Positions 42,717 to 53,613 are shown, counted from the first letter of the stretch. The stretch: DNA of 64,000 bases from Tubulanus polymorphus (GCF_964204645.1 NC_134031.1:62001-126000), one strand, 5' to 3'. The notes: a model not told the origin generated them from the sequence alone. Made by a program: numbers and translations.

Positions 42717-42875
42717 AATCACAGTCTGAACTAGACACCCCAATCTATAAACACCTCAACTTGAAAACATGTCTATTCTCTATATTTTAGGGTCTGATCT
42801 GAAGGTTTCACTTTGATTTCAACGCTATGTGAGGTGAGAGTCTAAATGATTAGATTAGTTAGTAAAAAATCATGA

Positions 42876-42943
42876 AAAGTCAATGATGATATTAGAATAG
42901 GGACATATGAAATCTAATGACTATTTATTGTTTCTGAGACTTT
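42876..42943 (+). ncRNA. Box C/D snoRNA, SNORD74-like (copy 1)
   Basis: aaagtc-a-ATGATGA...ATAGGGACA-t-ATGA(D')...CTGA-gacttt; guide pairs with 28S UGUCCCUA. Confidence 0.75.
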
Positions 42944-43118
42944 ACTTTATTTCACTTTTGATGATTTCTGAGTTATTTGAGTTGAATCTGATTTGTGTAA
43001 ATGGTTTTAATTGTAGGCGGGTGTGGAACTCACTCTGGTGGATGATGTGGAACTCGACATGAATCAGGATGTGGAACTCTCCTCTAAGTGGTAAGAAAGA
43101 GTGATCTCAATGAGAAAT

Positions 43119-43248
43119 ATCCTCCTTAAAAAAATCACAAAGACTCGAAGTGCTGGAACTGATTTTATGTCGGGAGGAGAAATAAACAGCCCATATAAAA
43201 CCCTGAATTGTCGAATACAGTTTCTGGATCTGTCGTGAGGCTACAAAT
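43119..43248 (+). ncRNA. Box H/ACA snoRNA (paralog A1)
   Basis: Hairpin, AAATAA H box, hairpin, ACA(43243)+3 nt; 3' pocket taaaac/atctgtc; paralog of 43464-43599. Confidence 0.65.
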
Positions 43249-43277
43249 AAATATTATAAAATTAATAATTATTCAGA

Positions 43278-43416
43278 TAACGAGTAGCAGAGTTACCGGG
43301 TAAATCTGTTACTATAGTAACCCGGCGCTAAACAGCTCGTATATAAAATAATTGTCTAATGCACTGGTCTACCTGCTTCTGTGCTAGTTCCAGTCACCTC
43401 TGACATTTAAACATTA
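43278..43416 (+). ncRNA. Box H/ACA snoRNA (possibly SNORA3-like)
   Basis: acgag..ccgggt/acccgg..ctcgt hairpin, ATATAA H box, second hairpin actgg/ccagt with pocket atgc/cacctct, ACA at 43411. Confidence 0.55.
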
Positions 43417-43463
43417 CTTCTATTTGTATTTACCTCTATAACTTATTGATCCATCTTAAATTC

Positions 43464-43599
43464 GTTCCCCTTTAATATAATGAGTTTGGACTCGAAGCGC
43501 TGAACTGATTAATGTCGGGGGAGTAAAATAAAACGCCCATCTTAAACCCAGTTTTACAACTATTATTGTATTACTGGACCTGTCTCTCGGGTGACATTT
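43464..43599 (+). ncRNA. Box H/ACA snoRNA (paralog A2)
   Basis: tcccc/gggga hairpin, AAAATA H box, cgccc/gggtg hairpin, ACA(43594)+3 nt; pocket taaac/acctgtctc fits 28S GAGACAGGU-(psi)A-GUUU. Confidence 0.75.
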
Positions 43600-43653
43600 T
43601 TATATCATACTTATAGGTTATTAACTGGTCAGGTTATTAGGGAAGTTTGGGGT

Positions 43654-43759
43654 TCTGCGATGATGTTGTAATTTGCGCCTGATAAGAACTGCGAGATGAC
43701 GGTTGCCGCTGTCACTATATCTCCATTTCCAACTTGATGACAAACTATTTCTGAGCAGA
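43654..43759 (+). ncRNA. SNORD16: Box C/D snoRNA U16 (SNORD16-like)
   Basis: tctgc/gcaga stem; ATGATGT-tGTAATTTGCGC-CTGA pairs with 18S GCGCAAAUUAC; internal gacggttgccgctgtca resembles recalled U16 GACAGTTGCCTGCTGTCA. Confidence 0.85.
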
Positions 43760-43924
43760 TCTCTCTCGACCAGCGCCCTCATCAAACCCTCTTCATATTC
43801 CTTATCGTTTTATAATTGATTGATCTATTGTTTTCAGGGGAGGATCGACACCTGTCTGTGAGTGACTTCGTAACCAGTAACGATAAGGTAACTACTGTTT
43901 ATTCTGTTGAACTGTTTATTTCTA

Positions 43925-44004
43925 GAAACTGAATGATGAATATCAATGAAGTCGTTAATTCTATTGCCGACCAACTCATCACCCATCTTACTGATATCAG
44001 TTTC
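43925..44004 (+). ncRNA. Box C/D snoRNA, target unassigned
   Basis: gaaactga-ATGATGA(43933)...CTGA(43991)-ta-tcagtttc, 8-bp stem. Confidence 0.65.
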
Positions 44005-44042
44005 AACTCTGAATTGTATTCTCAATTAAAAAATTTTAATGA

Positions 44043-44172
44043 TGCCATTTTCCATTGAGTTCATTTCAAATGAATGTTTCTCCTTCCATGTTTGGCTAAA
44101 TTGATTCGCCGTGAAATTAATCAGATTCTTGTTTGATTTAAACATTCAAGAGTTAATTTCACGGTTACAGTA
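44043..44172 (+). ncRNA. Candidate H/ACA snoRNA
   Basis: Strong 3' hairpin ccgtgaaattaa/ttaatttcacgg followed by ACA at 44167; H box not clean. Confidence 0.4.
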
Positions 44173-44333
44173 GCAGCGTCTGATATTCTGATCTGAAGTA
44201 TGAACTTATTTAATTGCTCTTTACAGGTGGCAACTAGTCTGGAACTGAGTGAGTTGCTGTAACCAAGGGAAACCCGCTGTTACCCGGGATGCTGTTGTTG
44301 AGGTGATTATTGATTAGTTTTATATTAAATAGA

Positions 44334-44439
44334 TGAATGAAGTCTATCAATGATGAGGAAAGAATATTTGCTATCAGAGACGCCTCGTTCGCTGAAGACC
44401 GATATTTATCACCAAGATCTCTGAGCTAAACTTCATTCA
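44334..44439 (+). ncRNA. SNORD24: Box C/D snoRNA U24 (SNORD24-like)
   Basis: tgaatgaagt/acttcattca stem; ATGATGA; both U24 guides AGAATATTTGCTA-t-CAGA and CACCAAGATCT-CTGA, pairing with 28S AGAUCUUGGUG..UAGCAAAUAUUC. Confidence 0.9.
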
Positions 44440-44665
44440 ACCTCGTTATTTTGTAAGAGAAATATTTCTAGAATTAAACAATGCGTGAATGTTAAAACTG
44501 TTTGACTGAATGATACAAACGGTTAACACTATTTAACGGTCAGCGCTAGATCACATCAGCTAGGATTCGCTAACGCCAATAAGGGTTAATCCTAATGATT
44601 GGAGTTTGATAGTACCCTTGCTACAAAGCAATTTTAAATTTTGTTAAGTAAGTGTCTGTTGCTGA

Positions 44666-44729
44666 AGTCAGTGATGATATAAGAATAGGGACATATGAAA
44701 TATAATGACTATTTATTGTTTCTGAGACT
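44666..44729 (+). ncRNA. Box C/D snoRNA, SNORD74-like (copy 2)
   Basis: agtc-a-GTGATGA...AGAATAGGGACATATGA...CTGA-gact; nearly identical to 42876-42943. Confidence 0.75.
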
Positions 44730-44768
44730 AAACTTTACCTGATGAAATAGTAAGTTTTAAATTGTACG

Positions 44769-44853
44769 AATGTTTGCTATGATGATTATTTAGATCTGTC
44801 AATCCACTGAAATATAAATCTGTGTTGACAACTTTGTCCACTGAGCAAACATT
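44769..44853 (+). ncRNA. Box C/D snoRNA, SNORD110-like
   Basis: aatgtttgc/gcaaacatt 9-bp stem; guide ATCTGTCAATCC-a-CTGA pairs with 18S GGAUUGACAGAU. Confidence 0.8.
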
Positions 44854-45779
44854 AAACATTACTTGAATTAGATTAAATAAACGTGTAGCACATGATTAGA
44901 GCTGAGTTCTCAGTTCAGTAAGAATCTCGGTGTCAAATTGTGCAATATTAGATTCATACAGTGAGGTTTGCGTCTAATGTATTTAATTCTCCTGTAGTTT
45001 AATACAAGACTAATCTCTCTATAAACTCCAATTCTCAACCCTTTATTCTTGAAAATTCTATTACGAAATTTTGTATTTAATTGTTGTATTTTTGTTATTT
45101 CAGGTAAGATTATTTTCTGGTGTTGATAGAAGAATTTCCGAATCAAATTTTAAGATGAATTTTAGATATATTTGATTGAGATGAATAAAAGAAATGATAT
45201 ATTTGAATTTATTTGTCAATTTGATTATTTCTCAAATTGCAAGGATTTAAATGTTTGATGCAGCTCATTAGAGAATCAACTGGAATAGTGATCCCCAGTG
45301 TAAGGAGAATTCTTCAACCTGCTCAATGGGCCCCATTCTACACATCACCACATTCTGGTTTTAGAAGCTGCTTTTAACTAATTACTGGAGTGTAGGTTGA
45401 CATCTTCATTCATGCACTTGGACATGGTTATTGCCCAACAGTGATGTGTGTGTTTGGCTAATGATTATTTATAAGTATATCGTTTCTCAAAAAGCAGGTT
45501 TTAGCACTAACTGATTTGTGTAAGGTAAGCGCAAATAATTGGGGCCTTCAATTATTTTCCAGAAAGTAGAACTGCACAGTTGACTTAATGATGGAAACCA
45601 TGCTGGTCTAACTGAACACAATTTATAACCATCAGAACAATCCACATCAGAAAACTGAACAAAAACGATCATTTATTTACAAATGTCATTTATTGGGAGA
45701 CAATACGGATTAAACATCACACTTTCTAAGCTGCCCCTGTGACTGTATTTCAATTCCAATCAAGTCTTAAAAAGGGATT

Positions 45780-46354
45780 TCATTTATAAACAGATGAATA
45801 ATATTCCTCTTCCATTTCAAATAAATCTGAAGCGATGTCGTCTCTAAGAGTCATTAATTTACTGTCACATTCATTCTGCATGTGTTTAAATAAACGGGTA
45901 TTCTGTAAAATTGCTTCGTTTATCGACACAAAATCATTCAATATTAAAAACTGTTTTAGATCGGAGACGAGTTTCATCAAAGATTCACCGGCTCGTACCT
46001 ACAATAAACAACATATATCAGTAACTGTGCAGGCACACGCGTTTCATTGTTTAGAGGGGGGAGAGATAGTTACCATATTTGCAGCTCGAACTTGCATTTC
46101 ATAATTATCTTGTTCTATTTGATTCGTTCTTGATATTTGTGGATCATCGTCAATCTAAAAGGACAACAATAATTGTATCTCGGAAACAGTCGACACTGTC
46201 AACCTTTATCGATTAGAACGTAGTTATTCACCTTTGACAATTTAAGGATTTCTGTGAAATTATCAACCATTGCTTTAGTGTCATCTTTTAAACGTTTATG
46301 GTAAGATTTTAACAACGCTTCTCGACTCTGAGGTAAACTCCGTTGACCAGACAT
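45780..46354 (-). CDS. MED22: Mediator subunit 22 (Surfeit 5), 3 coding exons
   Basis: [46 protein letters not shown]|[30 protein letters not shown]. Confidence 0.93.
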
Positions 46355-46825
46355 GACTCCTATCTGAAATAATTAACGTTTTATTGCGGTAATTAGTTCG
46401 ATTTCAAAAGACATTTTTAGTGCGACTGTTTCACTCGGTAATTAAGACGACTGTCGACTGTGTCCAGTAAAATAGTTTAAGAGAGTGCAGAAAAATTAAA
46501 ATCTATTAAAAATTCATTTGCTTTACTTAGAAAATCGGAGTATTTAAGAAAAAACAAATTATAAACTTACCGGAAGTACCCACACTATTTATAGTTATTG
46601 TTAATTGAATTGATTTCTGTGTCTTAAGTACCGAATAATTAACAAAATCAATTTAACTGACATTGATACTTTTCTACGACAATAGAATATTTTTTTTTCT
46701 GTTGATTTCCTGCTCATCAATCATTTTCAAAATGTAAATGATTAATGAACAATAAATACAATTTGTATTTAGATTTGATTTCCCACAATCCACCGTACTT
46801 CCTTTTCCTGCACAAGTAGAGAATC

Positions 46826-49800
46826 ATGGTGGGTGAAAAATAGCGAAAATACTTTTAAAATCCATCGATTACTTTTATTACACAAATCATCACATTCTGA
46901 AATTTATATATTTTACAAATTTAACATTTTTGCAATTCGTTAATATCGATCAATTTAAGTCAGAATTTGTAAATCGACCTGAAATGAACTGTTGAAATGT
47001 TCACTTCCGTATTCTATGTTTGATATTTTACACGCTTTTAAAACCGGTTTCTTCAACTATTGCTTTTCTATTTTCAGCCGAAGCCAAAGAAGGGAAAGAA
47101 GAAGGTTGCAGCAGCGCCTCTTGTGGCTAAAAAGGTCGAACCTAAGAAGGTTGTCAATCCGCTTTTTGAGAAACGTCCCAAGAATTTTGGCATCGGTAAG
47201 TTATCAATTCAATCCTAGAGATTATCTGAATATTGATGTTGCAGTTGAAATGTCAAGTTTTATCTGATGAAATTTTCCAGGTCAGGACATCCAACCTAAG
47301 CGTGATTTATCAAGATTTGTGAAATGGCCGAAATATGTGCGCCTTCAAAGACAGAAGGCTTCATTATTGCAGAGATTGAAGGTGCCGCCACCTGTGAATC
47401 AATTTAGAAACGCTCTCGACAGACAAACAGGTTCGCATTCATTCATTCAACTCAGAAATGTTTTAATTTTGGCGATGATGAAGATTTGAATACTGAATTT
47501 TCCTGTTGTAATTCATTGAGCTTTTTAACCCTGAGCCAAAAAAACTTGTTGCACAAAATAGAAATTGAATCAACAATGTTTGATTTGATAATGATTTATT
47601 CGTTTGTTTATATTTGTAGCGATTCAGTTGTTTAAATTGATGGATAAATATCGTCCAGAAACGAAACAACAGAAGAAAGTTCGATTAGTCGCTCGAGCTA
47701 AAGAGAGAGTGAAGGGTAAAGATGACGTTCCGACTAAACGTGCTTTAGCCGTCAGATCAGGAGTGAATGTAGTCACTAGATTGATAGAACAGAAGAAAGC
47801 ACAACTTGTGGTTATCGCTCATGATGTTGATCCTATTGAGGTAATCATTGTCTAAAACTTCAGTCTCAGTCTAAGGGTTCACCCTACACTGTACTGTCTC
47901 TGTGCAAGGGTTCACCTGATCTATGGGTTCACCCAGACTCTTGTCTAAGGGTTCACCCTACAGGCTGTACTGTCTCTGTGCTAGGGTTCACCTGATCTAT
48001 GGGTTCACCCAGTCTCTTGTCTAAGGGTTCACCCTACACACTGTACTGTCTCTGTGCTAGGGTTCACCTGATCTATGAGTTCACCCAGTCTCTTGTCTAT
48101 GGGTTCACCTGGTCTCTGGGTTCTTTGTGTAAGGGTTCACCCTACACACTGTACTGTCTCTGTGTTAGGGTTCACCTGATCTATGGGTTCACCTGATTTA
48201 TGGGTTCACCCAGTCTCTTGTCTAAGGGTTCACCTGGTCTCTGGGTTCTTTGTGTAAGGGTTCACCCTACACACTGTACTGTCTCTGTGCTAGGGTTCAC
48301 CTGATCTATGGGTTCACCCAGTCTCTTGTCTAAGGGTTCACCTGGTCTCTGGGTTCTTTGTGTAAGGGTTCACCCTACACACTGTACTGTCTCTGTGTTA
48401 GGGTTCACCTGATCTATGGGTTCACCTGATCTATGGGTTCACCCAGTCTCTTGTCTAAGGGTTCACCTGGTCTCTGGGTTCTTTGTGTAAGGGTTCACCC
48501 TACACGCTGTACTGTCTCTGTGCTAGGGTTCACCTGATCTATGGGTTCACCCAGTCTCTTGTCTAAGGGTTCACCCTACACACTGTACTGTCTCTGTGCT
48601 AGGGTTCACCTGATCTATGAGTTCACCCAGTCTCTTGTCTAAGGGTTCACCTGGTCTCTGGGTTCTTTGTGTAAGGGTTCACCCTACACACTGTACTGTC
48701 TCTGTGTTAGGGTTCACCTGATCTATGGGTTCACCCAGTCTCTTGTCTAAGGGTTCACCTGGTCTCTGGGTTCTTTGTGTAAGGGTTCACCCTACACACT
48801 GTACTGTCTCTGTGTTAGGGTTCACCTGATCTATGGGTTCACCTGATTTATGGGTTCACCCAGTCTCTTGTCTAAGGGTTCACCTGGTCTCTGGGTTCTT
48901 TGTCTAAGGGTTCACCCTACACACTGTACTGTCTCTGTGTTAGGGTTCACCTGATCTATGGGTTCACCTGATTTATGGGTTCACCCAGTCTCTTGTCTAA
49001 GGGTTCACCTGGTCTCTGGGTTCTTTGTCTAAGGGTTCACCCTACACACTGTACTGTCTCTGCTAGGGTTTACCTGATTTATGGGTTCACCTGATTTATG
49101 GGTTCACCCAGTCTCTGGGTTCTTTCTGTTAGGGTTCCCTCCAGTCTCTTGTGTAAGGGTTCACTCAAGTCATTGGGTTCTCTTAAGGGTTCCCTCCAGT
49201 CCGTTGTGTAAGGGTTCTTTCTGTACGGGTTCACCTGATATCAGGGTTCCTGTCTTCGTGATCCGATGTATAATTTGTTAGTGTTTTTCAGATCGTATTA
49301 TTTTTACCAGCTCTGTGTCGTAAGATGGGCGTCCCGTATTGTATTGTGAAAGGTAAAGCTCGAGTTGGACGAGTTGTACACCGTAAAACAGCTACGTGTT
49401 TGGCTATTACATCAGTTCATCCGTAAGTACACCCCTTACACCCCCTGCTCCCCCCCGACCATCTGTATCTCGGGAGACTATGATGTTTGAAATGAATTTC
49501 TTCACCTGATTCCGTGTGAAGACGACATAATTTTTCTGAGCTCCTGAGAAACTGATTTCAATGTTGTAAATGTGTTGATGATGTAATGTTTTAAGATGAG
49601 ATGTTTGTTTGTTTTCAGCGAGGATCGAGCTCAATTAAATAAAGTTGTGGAAGCCGTAAAAACGAACTTCAACGATCGATTCGACGAGGTACGTTTTATT
49701 AATTCATTTACTGTTTCTATAGCGATGATGATTTTATTGAATTTCTTCACCTGAATTATTTCAATTGTTGAAATCGTAGACAATCCTGAGCTATATAAAT

Positions 49801-49980
49801 ATATAAATCCGTGATGAATCCAGTTTTTGTTGCTAATGCGCCGGGTTTAAATGATGTATTGTGTTATATTTACAGATCCGTAAACACTGGGGCGGAGGTG
49901 TGATGGGTTCTAAATCACAGGCTAAACAAGCAAAATTAGAACGACTGAAGGCTAAAGAACTCGCTCAGAAAATGGGTTAG
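46826..49980 (+). CDS. RPL7A: 60S ribosomal protein L7a/eL8 (Surfeit 3); ATG-only first exon, 5'TOP cttccttttcc at about 46798
   Basis: [28 protein letters not shown]|[63 protein letters not shown]. Confidence 0.97.
47467..47541 (+). ncRNA. SNORD36: Box C/D snoRNA U36a/b-like in an RPL7A intron
   Basis: ttttggc/gccaaaa stem, ATGATGA, GAGCTTTTTAAC-c-CTGA pairs with 18S GUUAAAAAGCUC. Confidence 0.88.
47868..49245. repeat. Complex minisatellite built on gggttcacc subunits in an RPL7A intron
   Basis: Higher-order 85-125-bp units. Confidence 0.9.
49468..49549 (+). ncRNA. SNORD36: Box C/D snoRNA U36c-like in an RPL7A intron
   Basis: tctcgggag/ctcctgaga stem, ATGATGT, TGAATTTCTTCA-c-CTGA pairs with 28S UGAAGAAAUUCA. 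Confidence 0.85.
49718..49795 (+). ncRNA. SNORD36: Box C/D snoRNA U36c-like (second copy) in the last RPL7A intron
   Basis: tatagc/gctata stem, ATGATGA, ATTGAATTTCTTCA-c-CTGA, terminal CTGA at 49786. Confidence 0.88.
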
Positions 49981-50105
49981 AAACAATTCATCTGTTCATG
50001 TGTAGAATGAAAATAAATACATTTAAATCCGTGGAAATGAAGTTTAGTTTTCAATTTGATTCAATTCACAATTATCAGAATAAAGGATGATAAATACAAC
50101 AGCAT

Positions 50106-50480
50106 CTTAGGATATTGACTTCATAATGACTCCTAGGATATAGAGGACTCCCTCCTACACCGACTTCATAATGACTCCTAGGATATAGAGGACTCCCTCC
50201 TACACTGACTTCATAATGACTCCGAGGATATAGAGGACTCCCTCCTACACTCACTTCATAATGACTCCTAGGATATAGAGGACTCCCTCCTACACTGACT
50301 TCATAATGACTCCTAGGATATAGAGGACTCCCTCCTACACTGACTTCACAATGACTCCTAGGATATAAAGGACTCCCTCCTACACTGACTTCTTAATGAC
50401 TCCGAGGATATAGAGGACTCCCTCCTACACTGACTTCATAATGACTCCTAGGATATAAAGGACTCCCTCCTACACACTTC
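50106..50480. repeat. 45-bp minisatellite (gacttcataatgactcctaggatatagaggactccctcctacact)
   Basis: About 8 copies. Confidence 0.9.
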
Positions 50481-51460
50481 AGAGTAGTACTGAAGCTGAA
50501 TAGAGGATGTACAGGGGTGTCCCGGGTTCAAACCTGATTCAGAGTGGTACTGAAGCTGAATGGAGGATGTACAGGGGTGTCTCGGGTTCGAATCCAGTAA
50601 TTACTGATACTGATTCAGAATGGTCGTGAAGCTGAATAGAGGATGTACAGGGGTGTCCCGGGTTTGAATCCATTAATTACTGATACTGATGAGGATGCTC
50701 TGAATAGAGGATGTAAAAGGGTATCCAACCGTACGGTGCTGCTGCTATGCTCATCGTTAGCGGAATTTTCATACACTAACGCAACTCAACTCTGGCAATC
50801 GAGTTGCTGCCATTAAACCTTGCTTGCCAGAGTTTACTTTCATTAGTGTATGAAAATCCCGCTAACGATGAGCATAGAGGCAGCACCGTACGGTCAAATA
50901 TTGATATCATAACAAAAGTAATTAATTACTCTGATACTGATTCAGAGTGGTACTGAGGCTGAATAGAGGATGTACAGGGATGTCCCGGGTTCGAACCCAG
51001 TGATAACTGATACTGGTTCAGAGTGGTCCGGATGCTGAACAGAGGATGTACAGGGGTGTCCAGGGTTCGAAACCAGTAATTACTGATACTGGTTCAGAGT
51101 GGTACTGATGCTGAATAGAGGATGTACAGGGATGTCCCAGGTTCGAACCCAGTAATTACTGATACTGATTCAGAGTGGTCCGGATGCTGAATAGAGGATG
51201 TGCGGGGGTGTCCAGGGTTCGAAACCAGTAATTACTGATACTGGTTCAGAGTGGTACTGATGCTGAATAGAGGATGTACAGGGGTGTCCCGGGTTCGAAC
51301 CCAGTAATTACTGATACTGATTCAGAGTGGTCCGGATGCTGAATAGAGGATGTACGGGGGTGTCCCGGGTTCGAAACCAGTAATTACTGATACTGATTCA
51401 GAGTGGTACTGATGCTGAATAGAGGATGTACAGGGGTGTCACGGGTTCAAACCCAGTATT
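50478..51460 (+). repeat. About 76-bp tandem repeat with pol III A-box-like (TGGTTCAGAGTGG) and B-box (GGTTCGAACCC) motifs
   Basis: About 10 units, interrupted by a palindromic element. Confidence 0.8.
50728..50894. mobile_element. Palindromic MITE-like element
   Basis: accgtacggtgctgc..ctatgctcatcgttagcgg.attttcatacactaa and its reverse complement; degenerate relative near 53160-53237. Confidence 0.75.
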
Positions 51461-51579
51461 ACAGAATGATCCAATATTCTAACTCCACACAAACCAAGAC
51501 AGCACAGAAATGAATAAATATAGATGATATGAATTTTATTCACATGATAATAACATAACAATATTAGACACAGATATCA

Positions 51580-52152
51580 CTGATTACAGAGGAGTTAATT
51601 TATAACTAGTTACAGATGACTTCATTAATTACTTGTCACAGACGAGTTCACTAATTATGTGTTACAGAGGAGTTCATTAATTACTTGTTACAGAGGAGTT
51701 CATTAATTACTTGTTACAGAGGAGTTCATTAATTACTTGTTACAGATGAGTTCATTAATTACTTGTCACAGACGAGTTCACTAATTATGTGTTACAGACG
51801 AGTTCACTAATTATGTGTTACAGAGGAGTTCATTAATTACTTGTTACAGAGGAGTTCATTAATTACTTGTTACAGATGAGTTCATTAATTACTTGTCACA
51901 GACGAGTTCACTAATTATGTGTTACAGAGGAGTTCATTAATTACTTGTTACAGAGGAGTTCATTAATTACTTGTTACAGAGGAGCTCGCTAATTACTTGT
52001 TACAGAGGAGTTCGCTAATTACTTGTCACAGATGAGTTTGCTAATTACTTGTTACAGAGGAGTTCGCTAATTACTTGTCACAGATGAGTTCGCTAATTAC
52101 TTGTTACAGAGGAGTTCGCTAATTACGTGTTACAGAGGAGTTCATTAATTAA
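51580..52152. repeat. 26-bp minisatellite (gttacagaggagttcattaattactt) overlapping the VHL stop codon and 3'UTR
   Basis: About 21 copies; the first unit on the minus strand encodes INELLCNT*. Confidence 0.92.
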
Positions 52153-52691
52153 TGATTGTGGAAGTTCTAAAGATGGAATAGAGTTTTGTGGAGTTAAACA
52201 GCGTATAATCTGTAAACAGCGTTCCTTTAATGAATACACTGAAAATATATAAAACAATAATCAATACCACATTTCAACACTAGGGGGCGTGAGTATAAAT
52301 AGTTTAACCAGTAGGTGGCGTGTGAGTATGAATACTAACCGGGTATTGTAATATAAACACGTTTTCGTTGCGGGGGCCAGCCGTCTGAAGGAAGCCATCC
52401 GATTGGTTGATACAATTTCTGATGTTGTACGACTAGTTTATCACCGCTTTCAGTATCTTTAAATATCCACGGATGACCGACATAAGTGTTCATATCTAAA
52501 AACTGTTCAGGATTTAACGACGCATAATTCATTTGATCACCCGCGTAATTTAACCAGATTACATCCACTTTACGCTGAGTTTTATTTATAAATCGTACAA
52601 ACGAATAAACGGTCGGTCGTCCGGATTTGGGAGGAGCAGCGATAGCTCCTACTGCTCCTACTCCTACTGCTCCTCCTACTCCTCCTGACAT
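52123..52691 (-). CDS. VHL: von Hippel-Lindau tumour suppressor homolog; exons 52691-52339 and 52238-52123
   Basis: FVRFINKTQRKVDVIWLNYAG, MNTYVGHPWIFKD, VYITIP|VYSLKERCLQII (BC box), LELPQSL. Confidence 0.9.
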
Positions 52692-53613
52692 TTCATTCAG
52701 TCACACACAGTGCACTACAAAAACAACAATTAACTCAGTCACGACAGATGAAAAAGAAAGTCAAAGAACAGGAAGATAAAAAAAGCACAAACAGAGAATT
52801 TATAAATAGCAGATTCAGATTTAGGTCGAGAAGTTTAGAGATTTGTTGAATGAAGAAGGGCCGTTAGTTCAGCACGATGCTATACCTTGTCTTAAAACAC
52901 TTTCATAACTTTGAATCAGCCACAAATTTGTTAAATAAAATATTGATTTGATTGAATATTGAAGGCGCATGGGGGATGTGTGATGCCCTGTAGAGACAGG
53001 TTATTGACTAAAGCGAGGGTTGACCTTCGACGCGCCATATTCCGATTGAAACGACGACTTTTCATAAAGAATTATTACGAGTTTTTGAAGAAATTGACAA
53101 TGTGTGATTTTATTTGGAGTTTCATGAGCTGAAATTCAAACATGTGTGTGTCCGTTCGAGTAAGCTCTGGCAGGCGAGTACTCTACTAGTTCACTGATTC
53201 GCCGCTATCGTTATTCATAGAGGCAGCACCTAACGGATGAGATGTGGAACGTACAGTGGCATGCGGGGATTGCTACACATTAGTTTCTCCAGAAGTGTTC
53301 TATCACAGCTCAAGCTTTTTTTATTTAGAATAAACTCAAAGTCAATCTCCTCTCTGATGACTTGATAAAACACATGCAAATCCAGTAAAACAATTTAAAT
53401 CAATAAAATATATAAATATCACATTAGGAAATATTTCTATTCACAACAAAAATTCCATTCATTCAAATCGATCAACAATCGAAGCAGTTACAACTAAAAT
53501 CTGGGATTTGAAAAAAATTTTCCTTCAGATTTCGACTAAATTCTATTTTAACAAGTTATAATTAGATCACTCAAATTGTCTCTTATCATTTACTAAGCAC
53601 ATTATAGCATATT

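Larger units (their letters stand above)
41893..45190 (+). ncRNA. Spliced non-coding snoRNA host gene (GAS5/UHG-like, 5'TOP). Putative exons about 41893-41917, 42791-42833, 43017-43090, 43838-43888, 44227-44301; terminal exon with AATAAA near 45185
   Basis: CTTTCC start, short AG..GT-bounded exons with no credible ORF, introns packed with C/D and H/ACA motifs. Confidence 0.75.

Noticed and set aside
44480-44628. Additional H/ACA snoRNA (aagggt/accctt hairpin then ACA at 44623)
   Set aside because: No convincing H box or 5' hairpin by eye; left uncalled pending folding
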